64,000 bases of DNA from Alphaproteobacteria bacterium (lineage in GTDB: Bacteria > Pseudomonadota > Alphaproteobacteria > GCA-2731375), in assembly GCA_965225945.1 (NCBI GenBank), contig CBDDBZ010000035.1:64001-128000 (forward strand), written 5' to 3'. The position numbers and the translations under genes are program-made. This document shows positions 1-10,027 of this stretch, in pieces. Each line of letters starts with the position of its first letter. Position 1 is the stretch's first letter. The notes below the pieces were generated by a model. It saw only the letters and a list, made by a program, of their open reading frames with translations. It did no database searches and was not told where the DNA came from.

Positions 1-42
1 CCTCTTCGTGGAGGGCCGCGTGGCGGGGATAAGGGCGAGGCG

Positions 43-930
43 ATGACCAAACCGGACTGGCGGCCCGTGCTCGGAGTCATCGGTGGCAGCGGTCTCTATG
101 AAATCAAAGGGTTGAACGAACTGCGTTGGGAGACCGTCGAATCGCCTTGGGGCACGCCGTCGGATGCGCTGCTCAGGGGCCGCCTCGGCGAGATCGAGAT
201 GGTCTTCCTGCCACGCCACGGCCGCGGTCACCGCCATTCGCCGAGCGACATCGATTACCGCGCCAACATCGACGCGCTGAAGCGGCTCGGCGTCACCGAC
301 ATCATCTCACTCAGCGCCTGCGGTTCGTTCCGCGAGGATTTGCCGCCCGGCACCTTCGTCGTCATCGATCAGTTCGTCGATCGCACGCTGGGCCGCGCCC
401 GAAGCTTCTTCGGCGCCGGCATGGTCGCGCATGTCTCGATGGCGCACCCCGTCTGTCCCCGGTTGGGTGACTGGTGCGAGGCGGCGGCCCGGGCCGAGGG
501 CATTCCGGTCCATCGCGGCGGGGCCTATATCGCCATCGAGGGACCGCAGTTCTCGAGCCTGGCGGAATCGAGGATCTTTCGCGAGTGGGGCCTCGACGTC
601 ATCGGCATGACCAACCTGCCGGAGGCGCGGCTCGCGCGGGAGGCGGAGATCTGCTACGCCACCGTCGCCATGGTGACCGACTATGATTGCTGGCATCCCG
701 ATCACGACGCCGTCGAGGTGCGGGCGATTCTGGAGGTGCTACTGGCCAACGCCGAGAAAGCCCGCCGACTGGTGAGCCGGACGGCACCATCGATGGCGGA
801 TCGACCCGAGGTCTGTCCGCACGGCTGCGACCGGGCCCTGGAGCACGCGCTCATCACCGCCCCGGAGGCGCGCGATCCGGCGCTTTTGGCGAAACTGGAC
901 GCGGTCGCGGGCCGCATTCTCGATGCTTGA
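43..930 (+). CDS. mtnP: S-methyl-5'-thioadenosine phosphorylase
   Basis: GVIGGSG, FLPRHG, YRANIDALK, EGPQFSS.AES, GMTNLPEA.LAREAEICY, VTDYDCW motifs of the MTAP family; followed by apt. Confidence 0.93.
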   Translation: MTKPDWRPVLGVIGGSGLYEIKGLNELRWETVESPWGTPSDALLRGRLGEIEMVFLPRHGRGHRHSPSDIDYRANIDALKRLGVTDIISLSACGSFREDLPPGTFVVIDQFVDRTLGRARSFFGAGMVAHVSMAHPVCPRLGDWCEAAARAEGIPVHRGGAYIAIEGPQFSSLAESRIFREWGLDVIGMTNLPEARLAREAEICYATVAMVTDYDCWHPDHDAVEVRAILEVLLANAEKARRLVSRTAPSMADRPEVCPHGCDRALEHALITAPEARDPALLAKLDAVAGRILDA

Positions 931-1013
931 AGCGCTCCGGGTTCGACGCCGATCGCCGGGCCGACCGATCTTGAACCACCACAGGCGTCGTCTGGTTTAG
1001 GGGAGGGAGCGTG

Positions 1014-1541
1014 ATGGATCTGAAATCTCTCGTCAGGACCATTCCGGATTATCCCGAGCCGGGTATCCTGTTCCGCGACATCACCACGCTGCTGCAGGAC
1101 CCCTTGGGGCTGCGCGAGGCAGTGGACGAAATGGTGCAGCCCTTCGCCGGGCTCGCCATCAACAAGGTGGCGGGGATCGAGGCCAGGGGCTTCATCCTGG
1201 GTGGCGCCGTCGCGCATCAGCTTTCGGTCGGCTTCATCCCGATCCGCAAGAAGGGCAAGCTTCCCTGGCGGACGATCAGTGTCGAATACGAGCTGGAATA
1301 CGGCACCGACGAGGTCGAGGTCCATGTCGACTGCCTGACGCCGGGCGACCGCATCCTGATCGTCGACGATTTGATCGCCACCGGTGGCACGGCCTTGGCG
1401 GCGATCCGGTTGGTCCGCGAAGCCGGTGGCGAAGTCGTCGGCACCAGTTTCGTGATCGATCTGCCGGAACTCGGCGGCAGCGGGCGAATCGAGGCGGAGA
1501 ACGTGCCCGTCCGCACCCTCATGGCCTTCGAGGGCAGCTGA
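1014..1541 (+). CDS. apt: adenine phosphoribosyltransferase
   Basis: [40 protein letters not shown]-binding [10 protein letters not shown]; GGAG RBS upstream (GTG at 1011 is an alternative start). Confidence 0.96.
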   Translation: MDLKSLVRTIPDYPEPGILFRDITTLLQDPLGLREAVDEMVQPFAGLAINKVAGIEARGFILGGAVAHQLSVGFIPIRKKGKLPWRTISVEYELEYGTDEVEVHVDCLTPGDRILIVDDLIATGGTALAAIRLVREAGGEVVGTSFVIDLPELGGSGRIEAENVPVRTLMAFEGS

Positions 1542-1554
1542 TCGGGGGGGGGCT

Positions 1555-2016
1555 GTGAAGACCAGGAAGTTCGGCGAGGTCGACCCCGAAACCGGCACGA
1601 AATGGGGTGGCTCGCCCCGCACCCATTGGCGTTATCTGAAGCGCGCGCTCGCCGAGGGCGAGGTCCTGATTCCCTGCGGCGACTGTTCCGCCTGCTGCCG
1701 CTCGGGTGTGCCGATCTACGAAGACGACGGCCGCGAGGTGGCGAAACGCGCTGACGGCGCTTGCGTCCATCTGACCGTCGACGGCAAGTGCGAGCGCCAT
1801 GGCGACCGGCCGGAACAATGCCGCCTCTTCACCTGCACGCTGATGTCGATCGCCGGCGTGGTGACCGACAATTCAGCTATGAACGCGGCCCTCGCGCGCT
1901 GGGAATGGGATCTCTCCTCCGCCCAGGACCGGGAATTCGCCGAGGCGGCCCGCGAGAAGGAGGCGGAAAAGACCCGGCGCGAGAACCGAGCCGAAGAATC
2001 GAGGAGCCAGAAATAA
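1555..2016 (+). CDS. YkgJ-family cysteine-cluster (putative Zn/Fe-chelating) protein
   Basis: CGDCSACC, CVHL..DGKC, RP..CRLFTC pattern; stop codon overlaps the next ATG (TAATG). Confidence 0.7.
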   Translation: MKTRKFGEVDPETGTKWGGSPRTHWRYLKRALAEGEVLIPCGDCSACCRSGVPIYEDDGREVAKRADGACVHLTVDGKCERHGDRPEQCRLFTCTLMSIAGVVTDNSAMNAALARWEWDLSSAQDREFAEAAREKEAEKTRRENRAEESRSQK

Positions 2017-3359
2017 TGAGCCGATACGACCTGATCGTCCGGAGTGCGACGGTGGTGAACCACGACGGCATCGCTACCGCCGACGTCGGCGCCCTGGACG
2101 GCAAGACCACCCTGATCGGCGATCTCGGCCAGGCCTCTGCCGAGGTGGAGATCGATGCCCGGGGCCTGCATTTGCTCCCCGGTGTGATCGACACCCAGGT
2201 GCATTTCCGCGAACCGGGCATGGACGGGATGGAAGACCTCGAATCAGGCAGCCGCGCCGCAGTGTTGGGCGGCGTCACCGCCGTCTTCGAGATGCCGAAC
2301 ACGCGGCCCACCACCAGCACGGCGGAGGCGCTGGCGGACAAGCTGGCCCGTGCCCGCGACCGGATGTGGTGCGACCACGCCTTCTACATCGGCGCCACGG
2401 CGGAGAACGCGGAACAGCTCGACCAACTCGAGCGCCTGCCGGGGGCGGCCGGCGTGAAGATCTTCATGGGCGCCTCGACCGGAGATTTGCTGGTGGCGGA
2501 CGACGAGACTCTGTCGCGGGTACTGGCGACGATCAACCGGCGCTGTGCCGTCCATGCAGAAGACCAGCCGAGGCTCCAGGAGCGCCGCGCCATCGCCGAG
2601 ACCGCGGCAAACGTGCATGCCCACCCCGAATGGCGCGATCCCACCTCGGCGTTGCGCGCGACGGAGCGGATCGTCCGCCTCGCGCGGCGCCACGCCAAGC
2701 GGGTCCACCTACTCCACATCACCACGGCGGCGGAGATCGAATTTCTGGCCGGGCACAAGGATGTCGCCACGGTGGAGGTGACGCCGCAGCACCTGACGCT
2801 CGCCGCGCCCGAGTGCTACGACCGCCTCGGCACCTTGGCACAGATGAACCCGCCGATCCGCGACGAGGCCGAACGGGCCGGACTCTGGGGCGGCATCCGG
2901 CGCGGCATCGTCGACGTCGTCGGCTCCGACCACGCGCCGCACACGGCCGAGGAGAAGGCCGCGCCCTATCCGAAGAGCCCCTCCGGCATGCCGGGCGTGC
3001 AGACCCTCTTGCCGCTCCTGCTAGACCATGCGAACGCCGGGCGGCTGACGCTCCAGAGATTGGTCGATCTCACCAGCGTCGGCGCCGGACGGCTCTTCCA
3101 GATCGCCGGCAAGGGCCGTCTCGCCGCCGGTTACGACGCCGACTACACGCTCGTGGATGTCGGCTTGCGACAAACCATCACGGGCGATTGGCTGGCCTCG
3201 CGCTGCGGCTGGTCGCCTTTCGAGGGAGCCGAGGTCACCGGCTGGCCGATGATGACGGTGATCCGGGGCCGGTTGGTCATGCGCGACGGCGAGCTCCAGG
3301 GCACCGCCGGCGGCCGGCCCATCCGCTTCCAGGAAACCCTCGCACGAGAGACCTCCTAA
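2016..3359 (+). CDS. pyrC: dihydroorotase (cyclic amidohydrolase)
   Basis: PGVIDTQVHFREPG, GGVTAVFEMPNT, GVKIFMG, VHAED, MNPPIR, GSDHAPH, PSGMPG; start at ATG 2016 coupled to upstream stop. Confidence 0.85.
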   Translation: MSRYDLIVRSATVVNHDGIATADVGALDGKTTLIGDLGQASAEVEIDARGLHLLPGVIDTQVHFREPGMDGMEDLESGSRAAVLGGVTAVFEMPNTRPTTSTAEALADKLARARDRMWCDHAFYIGATAENAEQLDQLERLPGAAGVKIFMGASTGDLLVADDETLSRVLATINRRCAVHAEDQPRLQERRAIAETAANVHAHPEWRDPTSALRATERIVRLARRHAKRVHLLHITTAAEIEFLAGHKDVATVEVTPQHLTLAAPECYDRLGTLAQMNPPIRDEAERAGLWGGIRRGIVDVVGSDHAPHTAEEKAAPYPKSPSGMPGVQTLLPLLLDHANAGRLTLQRLVDLTSVGAGRLFQIAGKGRLAAGYDADYTLVDVGLRQTITGDWLASRCGWSPFEGAEVTGWPMMTVIRGRLVMRDGELQGTAGGRPIRFQETLARETS

Positions 3360-3456
3360 GGCGCGAGGCGGAGGGAATTGAGCACCACCAGGAATCATAT
3401 CCTCGCGGTTGGTTAGGAGCGGGACCGCGCGGGAGCATCCGTCGAGACGTTTGGTA

Positions 3457-5937
3457 TCAATCGCCGGCGGCCTGCGTCAACTGGTTGGTTTGGGACGAGA
3501 CGAAGGTGATCGCCGACTTGGCGTCGAGCGGCCGGCTGATCCAGTGGCCCTGGCCTTCGTTGCAACCTTGCTCGCGCAGGAAGGCCGCTTGGTCTTCGGT
3601 CTCCACGCCCTCGGCGGTCACCGAGAGGCCGAGATCGTGCGCCAGGTGGATGATCGCCTTGGTGATGGCCGTGCCGTCCTTTTCCCGCCCGAGGTTCTTG
3701 ATGAACATCTTGATTTTATCGACGGAGAAGCGCTGCAGATAGGCCATCGAACAGTAGCCGGTGCCGAAATCGTCGATGGCGAGCTGGAAGCCGAGCCCCT
3801 GCAGCTCATCCAGCACCCGACTCACCCGCCCGTCGGTCGACATCAGCAGACCCTCGGTGATCTCGAACTCGATCCACCGCGGCTCGACGCCGGTCGAGCG
3901 CAGCACCGACATGACGTTGGTGATGAAATCCTCGCTCTTGAAATCGACCGGCGAGAGATTGATAGAGACCTGGATTTCGGCGGATCCCTCCTCCCGCCAG
4001 GCCCGCATCTGCCGGCAGGCGAGCCGCAGCACGAGGTCGGTGAGATTGGTGATGAGGCCGGCCTGTTCGGCCACGGGAATGAACTCCAACGGCGGCACCA
4101 ATCCCCGGACGGGGTGCTGCCAGCGCACCAGCGCCTCGACTCCGGTAACCTCTCCACTCTCCAGGTGAACACGGGGCTGATAGGCGAGGAACAGGTCGTT
4201 GTTCTCGATCGCGCGGCGCAGATCGCGCTCCAGCGACTTGCGCTCGCTGATCTCGGCGTTCATCTCGGCATCGTACATCTGGTGCTTGTTCCGCCCTTCC
4301 TGCTTGGCGCGATAGAGCGCCAGATCGGCGTTCTTGACCAACTTGTCGGCGTCCTTGCCGTCGTGCGGGAAGAGGGTGATGCCGATGCTGCAACCGGTGT
4401 AAACCCGCTCGCCATCGAGATTGAACGGCTTCGAAAGCCGCTCGACGATACGTTGCGCCAGCACCTCGATGCCGTCCACCTTTTCCAGGTTGGTCTGAAT
4501 GATGGCGAACTCGTCGCCGCCGAGGCGCGCCACCGTGTCGGAGCGCCGGACGCAGTCGATCAAGCGCTCGGAGACCTGGATCAACAAGGCATCGCCCGCC
4601 GGGTGCCCGAGCGTGTCGTTGACGTCCTTGAAGTGGTCGAGGTCGAGCAACAGCACGGCGACGTTGCGGTCGACCCGCTGCGCTAGCTGGACGGCTTCGA
4701 TCAGTCGGTTCTGGAACAGTTTGCGGTTCGGCAGGTCGGTTAGCGCGTCCTGATGCGCCACGGTGCGAAGCGTCTCCTCGCTGCGCTGCCGATTCTCCGC
4801 CATGCGGTTGAACGATCGAGCCAACCGCCCGAGTTCGTCGTCGCCGACGACGTCGATCCGAAAGTCCAACTGGCCACTGCCGATCGCCTCGGCGCCCTCG
4901 GTCAGCGCCATGATCGGCCGGACGATGCCCCGGATCAGCACCAGCGCCGTGCCGGCACCCATCATGCCGCCGATGCCGGTCATCACGAGGAGGTAGATGA
5001 TCACCTCGTAGGTGGACTGCGCCAGGCCCGCCTCGGCGGTAATCTTGCGGACACGAATGGGGTCGATAATGTCGAACTCCAGGCGCCGCAGGATCTCGCC
5101 GAGGCCGGTCTCGAATTCCTTGATGCCGGCGGCGCGCCGCTCCGAGAAATTCATCGCCTTCTCGGCCGCCGTCCGCGCTTCGCTCAAGATCCGCTCCAGT
5201 GCCGCGAGCTGGCCCCTGGCTTCCTCGCCCGTGGCCCGGCCCTCGAAGACGGCGTTCAGCCGGGCGAAGACGACGGCCGCGCGACGCAAGGTCTCGCGGT
5301 GCGCGGGCTCCGGACCCCTCGCGTGCTGGCGTACCGACACCGTCAGGTCGGCGAGCCAGAGCCGCGCCTCTCGGGCCGCGTTGCGGAGCGCGAAGACCTC
5401 CTTGTCGGCGCCGGCGCCGGCGCTCGGCAGAAACCCATCGATCAGCGCGGTCGCCGCGCCGACCCGACCGACCAGCTTCTCCACCGCCGTCGATCCCTCC
5501 GCGTCCAAGGCGAAGGCGCGCTGCCCAATGCCGCGAATTCGCATCAGGCGGTCGCGGATGGCGCCGCCCCGCGCCTCGTCGAGCGCGCCCCCCGCCGAGC
5601 GTGCGAAGCCGTCCACGATGGTGTCGAAATCGGCGAGCCAGGCAATCACCGAGAGCTCGTTCGCCTGTCGGTCGTACGAGCGCGCGAACCGAGCGCCGAG
5701 CTGCACCGCGCTTTCCAGCAGCCGATAACGGAATTCAAGCACCACGTCCTGCTTGGGACTACCGGGGCCGACGATAGCCAGGACGTCGTCCTTGGGACTA
5801 CCGGGGCCGACGATAGCCAGGACGTCGTCCTTGATACGATTGGTCAATAGCAGAAATGATATCGCGCTGGTGCTGAAGAACAGGAACAGCAGGATGCCGA
5901 ACGCCAAGGCCACGCGTTTCGCGATTCCCAAGCTCAT
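3457..5937 (-). CDS. membrane-bound HAMP-GGDEF-EAL diguanylate cyclase/phosphodiesterase
   Basis: two TM segments, HAMP (DELGRLARSFNRM), DALTDLPNR, DLDHFKDVNDTLGH, RLGGDEF, GVEALVRW, EITEG, DDFGTGY, AEGVET. Confidence 0.93.
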   Translation of the reverse strand: MSLGIAKRVALAFGILLFLFFSTSAISFLLLTNRIKDDVLAIVGPGSPKDDVLAIVGPGSPKQDVVLEFRYRLLESAVQLGARFARSYDRQANELSVIAWLADFDTIVDGFARSAGGALDEARGGAIRDRLMRIRGIGQRAFALDAEGSTAVEKLVGRVGAATALIDGFLPSAGAGADKEVFALRNAAREARLWLADLTVSVRQHARGPEPAHRETLRRAAVVFARLNAVFEGRATGEEARGQLAALERILSEARTAAEKAMNFSERRAAGIKEFETGLGEILRRLEFDIIDPIRVRKITAEAGLAQSTYEVIIYLLVMTGIGGMMGAGTALVLIRGIVRPIMALTEGAEAIGSGQLDFRIDVVGDDELGRLARSFNRMAENRQRSEETLRTVAHQDALTDLPNRKLFQNRLIEAVQLAQRVDRNVAVLLLDLDHFKDVNDTLGHPAGDALLIQVSERLIDCVRRSDTVARLGGDEFAIIQTNLEKVDGIEVLAQRIVERLSKPFNLDGERVYTGCSIGITLFPHDGKDADKLVKNADLALYRAKQEGRNKHQMYDAEMNAEISERKSLERDLRRAIENNDLFLAYQPRVHLESGEVTGVEALVRWQHPVRGLVPPLEFIPVAEQAGLITNLTDLVLRLACRQMRAWREEGSAEIQVSINLSPVDFKSEDFITNVMSVLRSTGVEPRWIEFEITEGLLMSTDGRVSRVLDELQGLGFQLAIDDFGTGYCSMAYLQRFSVDKIKMFIKNLGREKDGTAITKAIIHLAHDLGLSVTAEGVETEDQAAFLREQGCNEGQGHWISRPLDAKSAITFVSSQTNQLTQAAGD
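5752..5833. repeat. perfect 39-bp in-frame tandem duplication (KDDVLAIVGPGSP x2)
   Basis: CTTGGGACTACCGGGGCCGACGATAGCCAGGACGTCGTC at 5752-5790 and 5791-5829, followed by CTTG. Confidence 0.95.
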
Positions 5938-6016
5938 GCCCCGCCGCCCTCGAGTTGTTTTTTTGGATGAATCTATCCAGCCTGATCATCGCCGATCACG
6001 CGGAAATTTGAAACGA

Positions 6017-6039
6017 CAAATCATTCGGCAAATCATTCG
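6017..6039. promoter_or_regulatory. 11-bp direct repeat CAAATCATTCG x2 upstream of the GGDEF-EAL gene; possible TF site
   Basis: copies at 6017-6027 and 6029-6039 in an AT-rich intergenic patch. Confidence 0.4.
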
Positions 6040-6356
6040 ACTGTCACATTTAAACATCACTCGAACCCATCTTCTCCCCCGGCGAAACCACCCCTGAATG
6101 GGAGCCGCGGGCATAGTTTGCCCAGGGGAAGGGGCTAGGGAGAGGGCCGGCTTCGGGAAATTTCGAGTCGGACTCTCAGGCCGGCTTGAAGCCGGTGACC
6201 CGGGTCAGCGTCTCGGGCACGAACTCGCGCGCGCTCAACGCTCCTCTCGAGGGAAGGGGTCGACACTCTATAGCAACGGAGATGAAGCTCGACCGCCCCG
6301 GATCCGGTGGCCTCGATCGATCCTGGAATTCTCCGACCGAGCGCGCCGCAGGCTCC

Positions 6357-8255
6357 TCAACGCGGTCGGTAGAGCCGAAACGGCGCCGCGACGGCCCGGC
6401 CGTCCGCTGCCGTGACCGCCTCGAGGAAGGCGGGCGGCACGCCCGCGACCAGGCGATCGTGAAGCGTGGCGCCACCCGCGCCGGCCACGCGAGCATACAT
6501 GGCCCGCTCCGCCGTGCCCGGACAGACGACGAGGAGATCGACGCCGCGATCCGCGAGCCGCCGGCGCGCCGCCGCGTCGTCACGCGAGGTCATGACGTCG
6601 AGGGTCGCGCGCAATCCGCCCTGCGCCCGATGCGTCGGCACCGAGAGCACGGCGTGCGGCGTGCGGTAGAGCAGTTCCGGCCCGAAATCGATGAAGGCCA
6701 TGACCTCGAGCGGCCGCGCGCCGAGGCCGGCGGGATCGGCCAATCGCTCGGCAAGCCGCGTCACCGGACAGTGGGCGTAGGCGGTGACGGTGCCGCCCGG
6801 CGCGGCACCCGCCTCGGCGCCGGGGCGGGTGCCGATCCAGAGGCTCGGCAGCAAGTACCAGAGCAGGATTGCAAGCACCAGCGGCGGGCGAACCGCGACC
6901 AGGGCCTTGGTGCCCAGGCGCTCGGGCAGCGCCGCCAGCAGGCGTCCCCCAAGTGCTACATAGGCCACCAGCAGCACGGCTTCCGCGTAGCCCGCCCAAC
7001 GGATCTGCGCCGCCGCGAGCGCGGTGAAGAGCAGACCACCGAGCCCGAGGTGAAGCCAGAGCGGCCGCGTCTCGCGCGGCCCGCGAACGATTCGCCAGGC
7101 GATCCAGGGCAACGCCGCGAGCGCGATGCCGAGCCAGGCGACGGCCCGGGCGAGGCCGTCGGGCAGCGCTCGTGGCAGATCGCCGAGCAACCACAGGACT
7201 GGCCGCCGCCCGGCGCTCTCGGTCAGATGGCTTGCCGCGTAGCTGTCATCGACCGTCGCCATCGGCCCCGCCAGGAAGCCGGGGTCGATCGCCCCCATGG
7301 CCGACACCACCAGGGCGAGGGCGAGGGCGGCGAGGGCGAGACGTGCCCCCGGTCCCCTCGGCCCTCGCGCCCCGCCTCGGAGCCATCCGGCGAGCGCCAG
7401 GCAGACGCCGGCGAGGAGGGCGAAGGGCATCAGATGGCGATAGGAAAGACGGTCGAGATCGTCGGCGCGCCAGGCGCCCTCGCCCCGCTCGACCAGCAGC
7501 GCGAGCGCCAGGGCGACGAGGCAGACCAGGGCCAGGCGGGCCAGCCGTCCCGCCATGCGATCGTCGCCCAGCGTCCAGGCGAGCACCATCGCCGCGACGG
7601 TGACCGCCACCGCCGGGGCGAACTCGATCCCGACCCAGATGCCGAGCGCGCCGGCGATCGCGGCCAGATCGGCGTCCCGCCCGCGCCCGCCCGGGCCCAG
7701 CAGACGTAGGCTCGCCCAAAGCTGGACCGCGAACAGCAGCAGTAGCAGGCCGTGGTGGTCCGGCCGGCCGAGGGCGAAGGCGCCGGCGATTCCCGGCTGC
7801 ACCACGGCGACCACCAGCACCAGCCAGAGCCAGGCGCGCCCGACCAACGGCGCCGCCACGCCCACCATGAGGCCAAGAAAACAGAGGTGGAGGACCGGCC
7901 CCAGGACCACGCCCCACCAATGCAATCCCGCCTCGAAGCCGACCAGCGGCGCCAGCGAGGCGGCGCCGGCCAGCAGGATGACATCGAGCGGCCGGGTCCA
8001 ATGGAGCACCAGGCCCTCGGGCGGGCTGACCCGCGCCAAGAGCGGGGAGAACCAATCGCCGCCGTGCCGGAGTTCGGCGACCCTGACCAGCCGCAGATAG
8101 GCGTCGGTGTCGACCAGCGCCCCCTGGAACACCTCAGGATGAAGCGTGAAGGCGTAGGCCAGGTGTTGCAGCGCCACCAGGGCGGCGCCGAGCAACAGCA
8201 GCCGGCCGAAGCCTCGGGTGGATATCTCGGCTGCGACGACGGGCCGCGCGCGCAT
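6357..8255 (-). CDS. polytopic membrane protein, GT-C fold / STT3-AglB-like glycosyltransferase candidate
   Basis: DTDAYLRL (DxD after TM1), HWTRPLD, RPDHH, about a dozen hydrophobic segments, soluble C-terminus with IDFGPELLYRT; start placed at ATG 8255 because the longer ORF overlaps the upstream gene. Confidence 0.6.
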   Translation of the reverse strand: MRARPVVAAEISTRGFGRLLLLGAALVALQHLAYAFTLHPEVFQGALVDTDAYLRLVRVAELRHGGDWFSPLLARVSPPEGLVLHWTRPLDVILLAGAASLAPLVGFEAGLHWWGVVLGPVLHLCFLGLMVGVAAPLVGRAWLWLVLVVAVVQPGIAGAFALGRPDHHGLLLLLFAVQLWASLRLLGPGGRGRDADLAAIAGALGIWVGIEFAPAVAVTVAAMVLAWTLGDDRMAGRLARLALVCLVALALALLVERGEGAWRADDLDRLSYRHLMPFALLAGVCLALAGWLRGGARGPRGPGARLALAALALALVVSAMGAIDPGFLAGPMATVDDSYAASHLTESAGRRPVLWLLGDLPRALPDGLARAVAWLGIALAALPWIAWRIVRGPRETRPLWLHLGLGGLLFTALAAAQIRWAGYAEAVLLVAYVALGGRLLAALPERLGTKALVAVRPPLVLAILLWYLLPSLWIGTRPGAEAGAAPGGTVTAYAHCPVTRLAERLADPAGLGARPLEVMAFIDFGPELLYRTPHAVLSVPTHRAQGGLRATLDVMTSRDDAAARRRLADRGVDLLVVCPGTAERAMYARVAGAGGATLHDRLVAGVPPAFLEAVTAADGRAVAAPFRLYRPR

Positions 8256-8334
8256 CGAGGGGGCCTCGCGCCGGTCCCGAGGGAAGCGGTTCAAGAGCGG
8301 GCGGCCCGGCGCGTCACGCGCATCGCGAAGCGGT

Positions 8335-9117
8335 TTAATCGCAATGCGCCAGCACCGCCGCCGCCACCGCCTCGGGCGCGTCGATCTCCGCCAGGTGGCC
8401 GGCGCCGGCGAGACGCCGGATCGTCGCCGAGGGACCGATGGCGCCGGCGACGCGTTCTGCATAACTCGGGGCTATGACCTTGTCCGCTTCGCCCCAGAGC
8501 ACCAGGGTCGGCTGGCCGATGCGCCCCAGGCGCTGCGCCAGGCCGGTGTCGGAGAGCGGCCAGAAGATTTGCGCCGCGGCTTCGTTGGCCCGGATCGTCA
8601 GGATCTGCCATTCGGTTTCGTCCTCGCCCTCCGGCATCGCCGTCACCGCCTCCAGCTTGGTCTGGTCCTCGACGTAGAGGGCGCCCTGCGTCCCCGGTAC
8701 CTGGGCCCAGACGTCGGTCACCGGGTCGGCCTCGTCGTAAATCCCGAGCGGCGAAATCAGCGCCAGACGAGGCACGGAGTCGGGCCAGATCGCGGCCATC
8801 TCGGCGGCGAACGAGCCGCCGGCCGAAACGCCGACCAGATCGGCCCCGTCGAGCCCGGCGCCGAGCAACAGGTCGCGCGTCGCCAGCAGCCAGTCGAGAT
8901 GGCTGTAGAGGCCGTCGTGGCCGCGCCCGCCACCGGGAAAGCCCGGGAGCGAGGGGACGATCACCCGGCGGCTTTTCGCCAGTTCGTCGAGGAACGGGGT
9001 CCAGCTCAGAAGGCCGCCGAGCCCGGCGAGGAAGCCGATCGGCGCCCCCTCGCCCTTCTCCCAGACCCGGCAGGTGGTCCCCTGGATCTCGACCCCACGT
9101 TCGCTCGGCCCGCTCAC
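8335..9117 (-). CDS. alpha/beta-fold hydrolase
   Basis: PSLPGF, nucleophile elbow GVSAGG, PTLVLWGEAD, AGHL; GTG start at 9117 with GGAGG RBS. Confidence 0.85.
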   Translation of the reverse strand: MSGPSERGVEIQGTTCRVWEKGEGAPIGFLAGLGGLLSWTPFLDELAKSRRVIVPSLPGFPGGGRGHDGLYSHLDWLLATRDLLLGAGLDGADLVGVSAGGSFAAEMAAIWPDSVPRLALISPLGIYDEADPVTDVWAQVPGTQGALYVEDQTKLEAVTAMPEGEDETEWQILTIRANEAAAQIFWPLSDTGLAQRLGRIGQPTLVLWGEADKVIAPSYAERVAGAIGPSATIRRLAGAGHLAEIDAPEAVAAAVLAHCD

Positions 9118-9289
9118 GGCGACGTCCTCCGGGCGACCTCGAAACCCTCGAGGCCGCGCCGGCGGCACGCCATATGTTGGATTCTATCCACTAGTCCCGC
9201 TCTCCGCTTGATCGTTCCCTGTGAAGACGTCCTTCGCTTCGCTTCACGTATACTTCCCCACATTCTCGAAAGGGCGAAAATGAAGCCCT

Positions 9290-9868
9290 TCAGCGTGCCT
9301 CGGTCCAGCTCTCGGAGAAGGCCAGCGCGCAGGTCGCGAAGGGACGGCCCTCGCGCTCGCGCGGCCAGGGCTGGCCTGCCGCCTGGACGCCGTTTATCGC
9401 CAGCCGCGCCCCCATTGCCGGGATCAGCACGGTGCAGACGCCCCAGGCCCGGCCGGGCGGCGCCTCGGGCGCGGTGTGGATCAGCAGCGGATCGCCCAGA
9501 TCGTGCCAGGTGAGGGTTATGTCCTCCAGGTCGGTCGTCACCCGTTCGGTCCAGAAGTAGGCCGGATCGCCGGACTTGGTGAATTCGGCGTCGTGCACCT
9601 CAATTGTGCTGTCGGCCGTCTCCTGGGCGAGCATCCCCTGGATCGTGGTCTGCAGCCAGCGGGCCATGGCGATGTTGTCGGAATAGATCCGCCACTCGTC
9701 GTCGGTGAGTTCGCTCTTCAGGTAGAGGACGTGCCCGGGCCCGGCGGGCGAGAACAGGATCCGCCAGAAGCTGGCGTCGGTCGAATTCTCGGCGCCGTCG
9801 GTGGCGCTCAGGCGGATGAAGGGATTCTCGCCGGTCAGGACGACGCGGTTGGGGTCGGCCGTGCTCAT
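9290..9868 (-). CDS. hypothetical protein (192 aa)
   Basis: clean ORF, GGAGGA RBS, typical codon bias; no recognised motif. Confidence 0.7.
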   Translation of the reverse strand: MSTADPNRVVLTGENPFIRLSATDGAENSTDASFWRILFSPAGPGHVLYLKSELTDDEWRIYSDNIAMARWLQTTIQGMLAQETADSTIEVHDAEFTKSGDPAYFWTERVTTDLEDITLTWHDLGDPLLIHTAPEAPPGRAWGVCTVLIPAMGARLAINGVQAAGQPWPREREGRPFATCALAFSESWTEAR

Positions 9869-10027
9869 GGTGGGATCCTCCGCATTGGCTCGCGCGCCAC
9901 AGTATAGACCGGCCGGCCCGGGCGCCCAGCGTTGTCCGACCCATTGTCCGGTCCGGCGGGCGATTCCGCACGAGCGGTTCGTGCATTAATATGCGGTACG
10001 GGTGACGGGGTGGCGAGGAGCGAAGCC

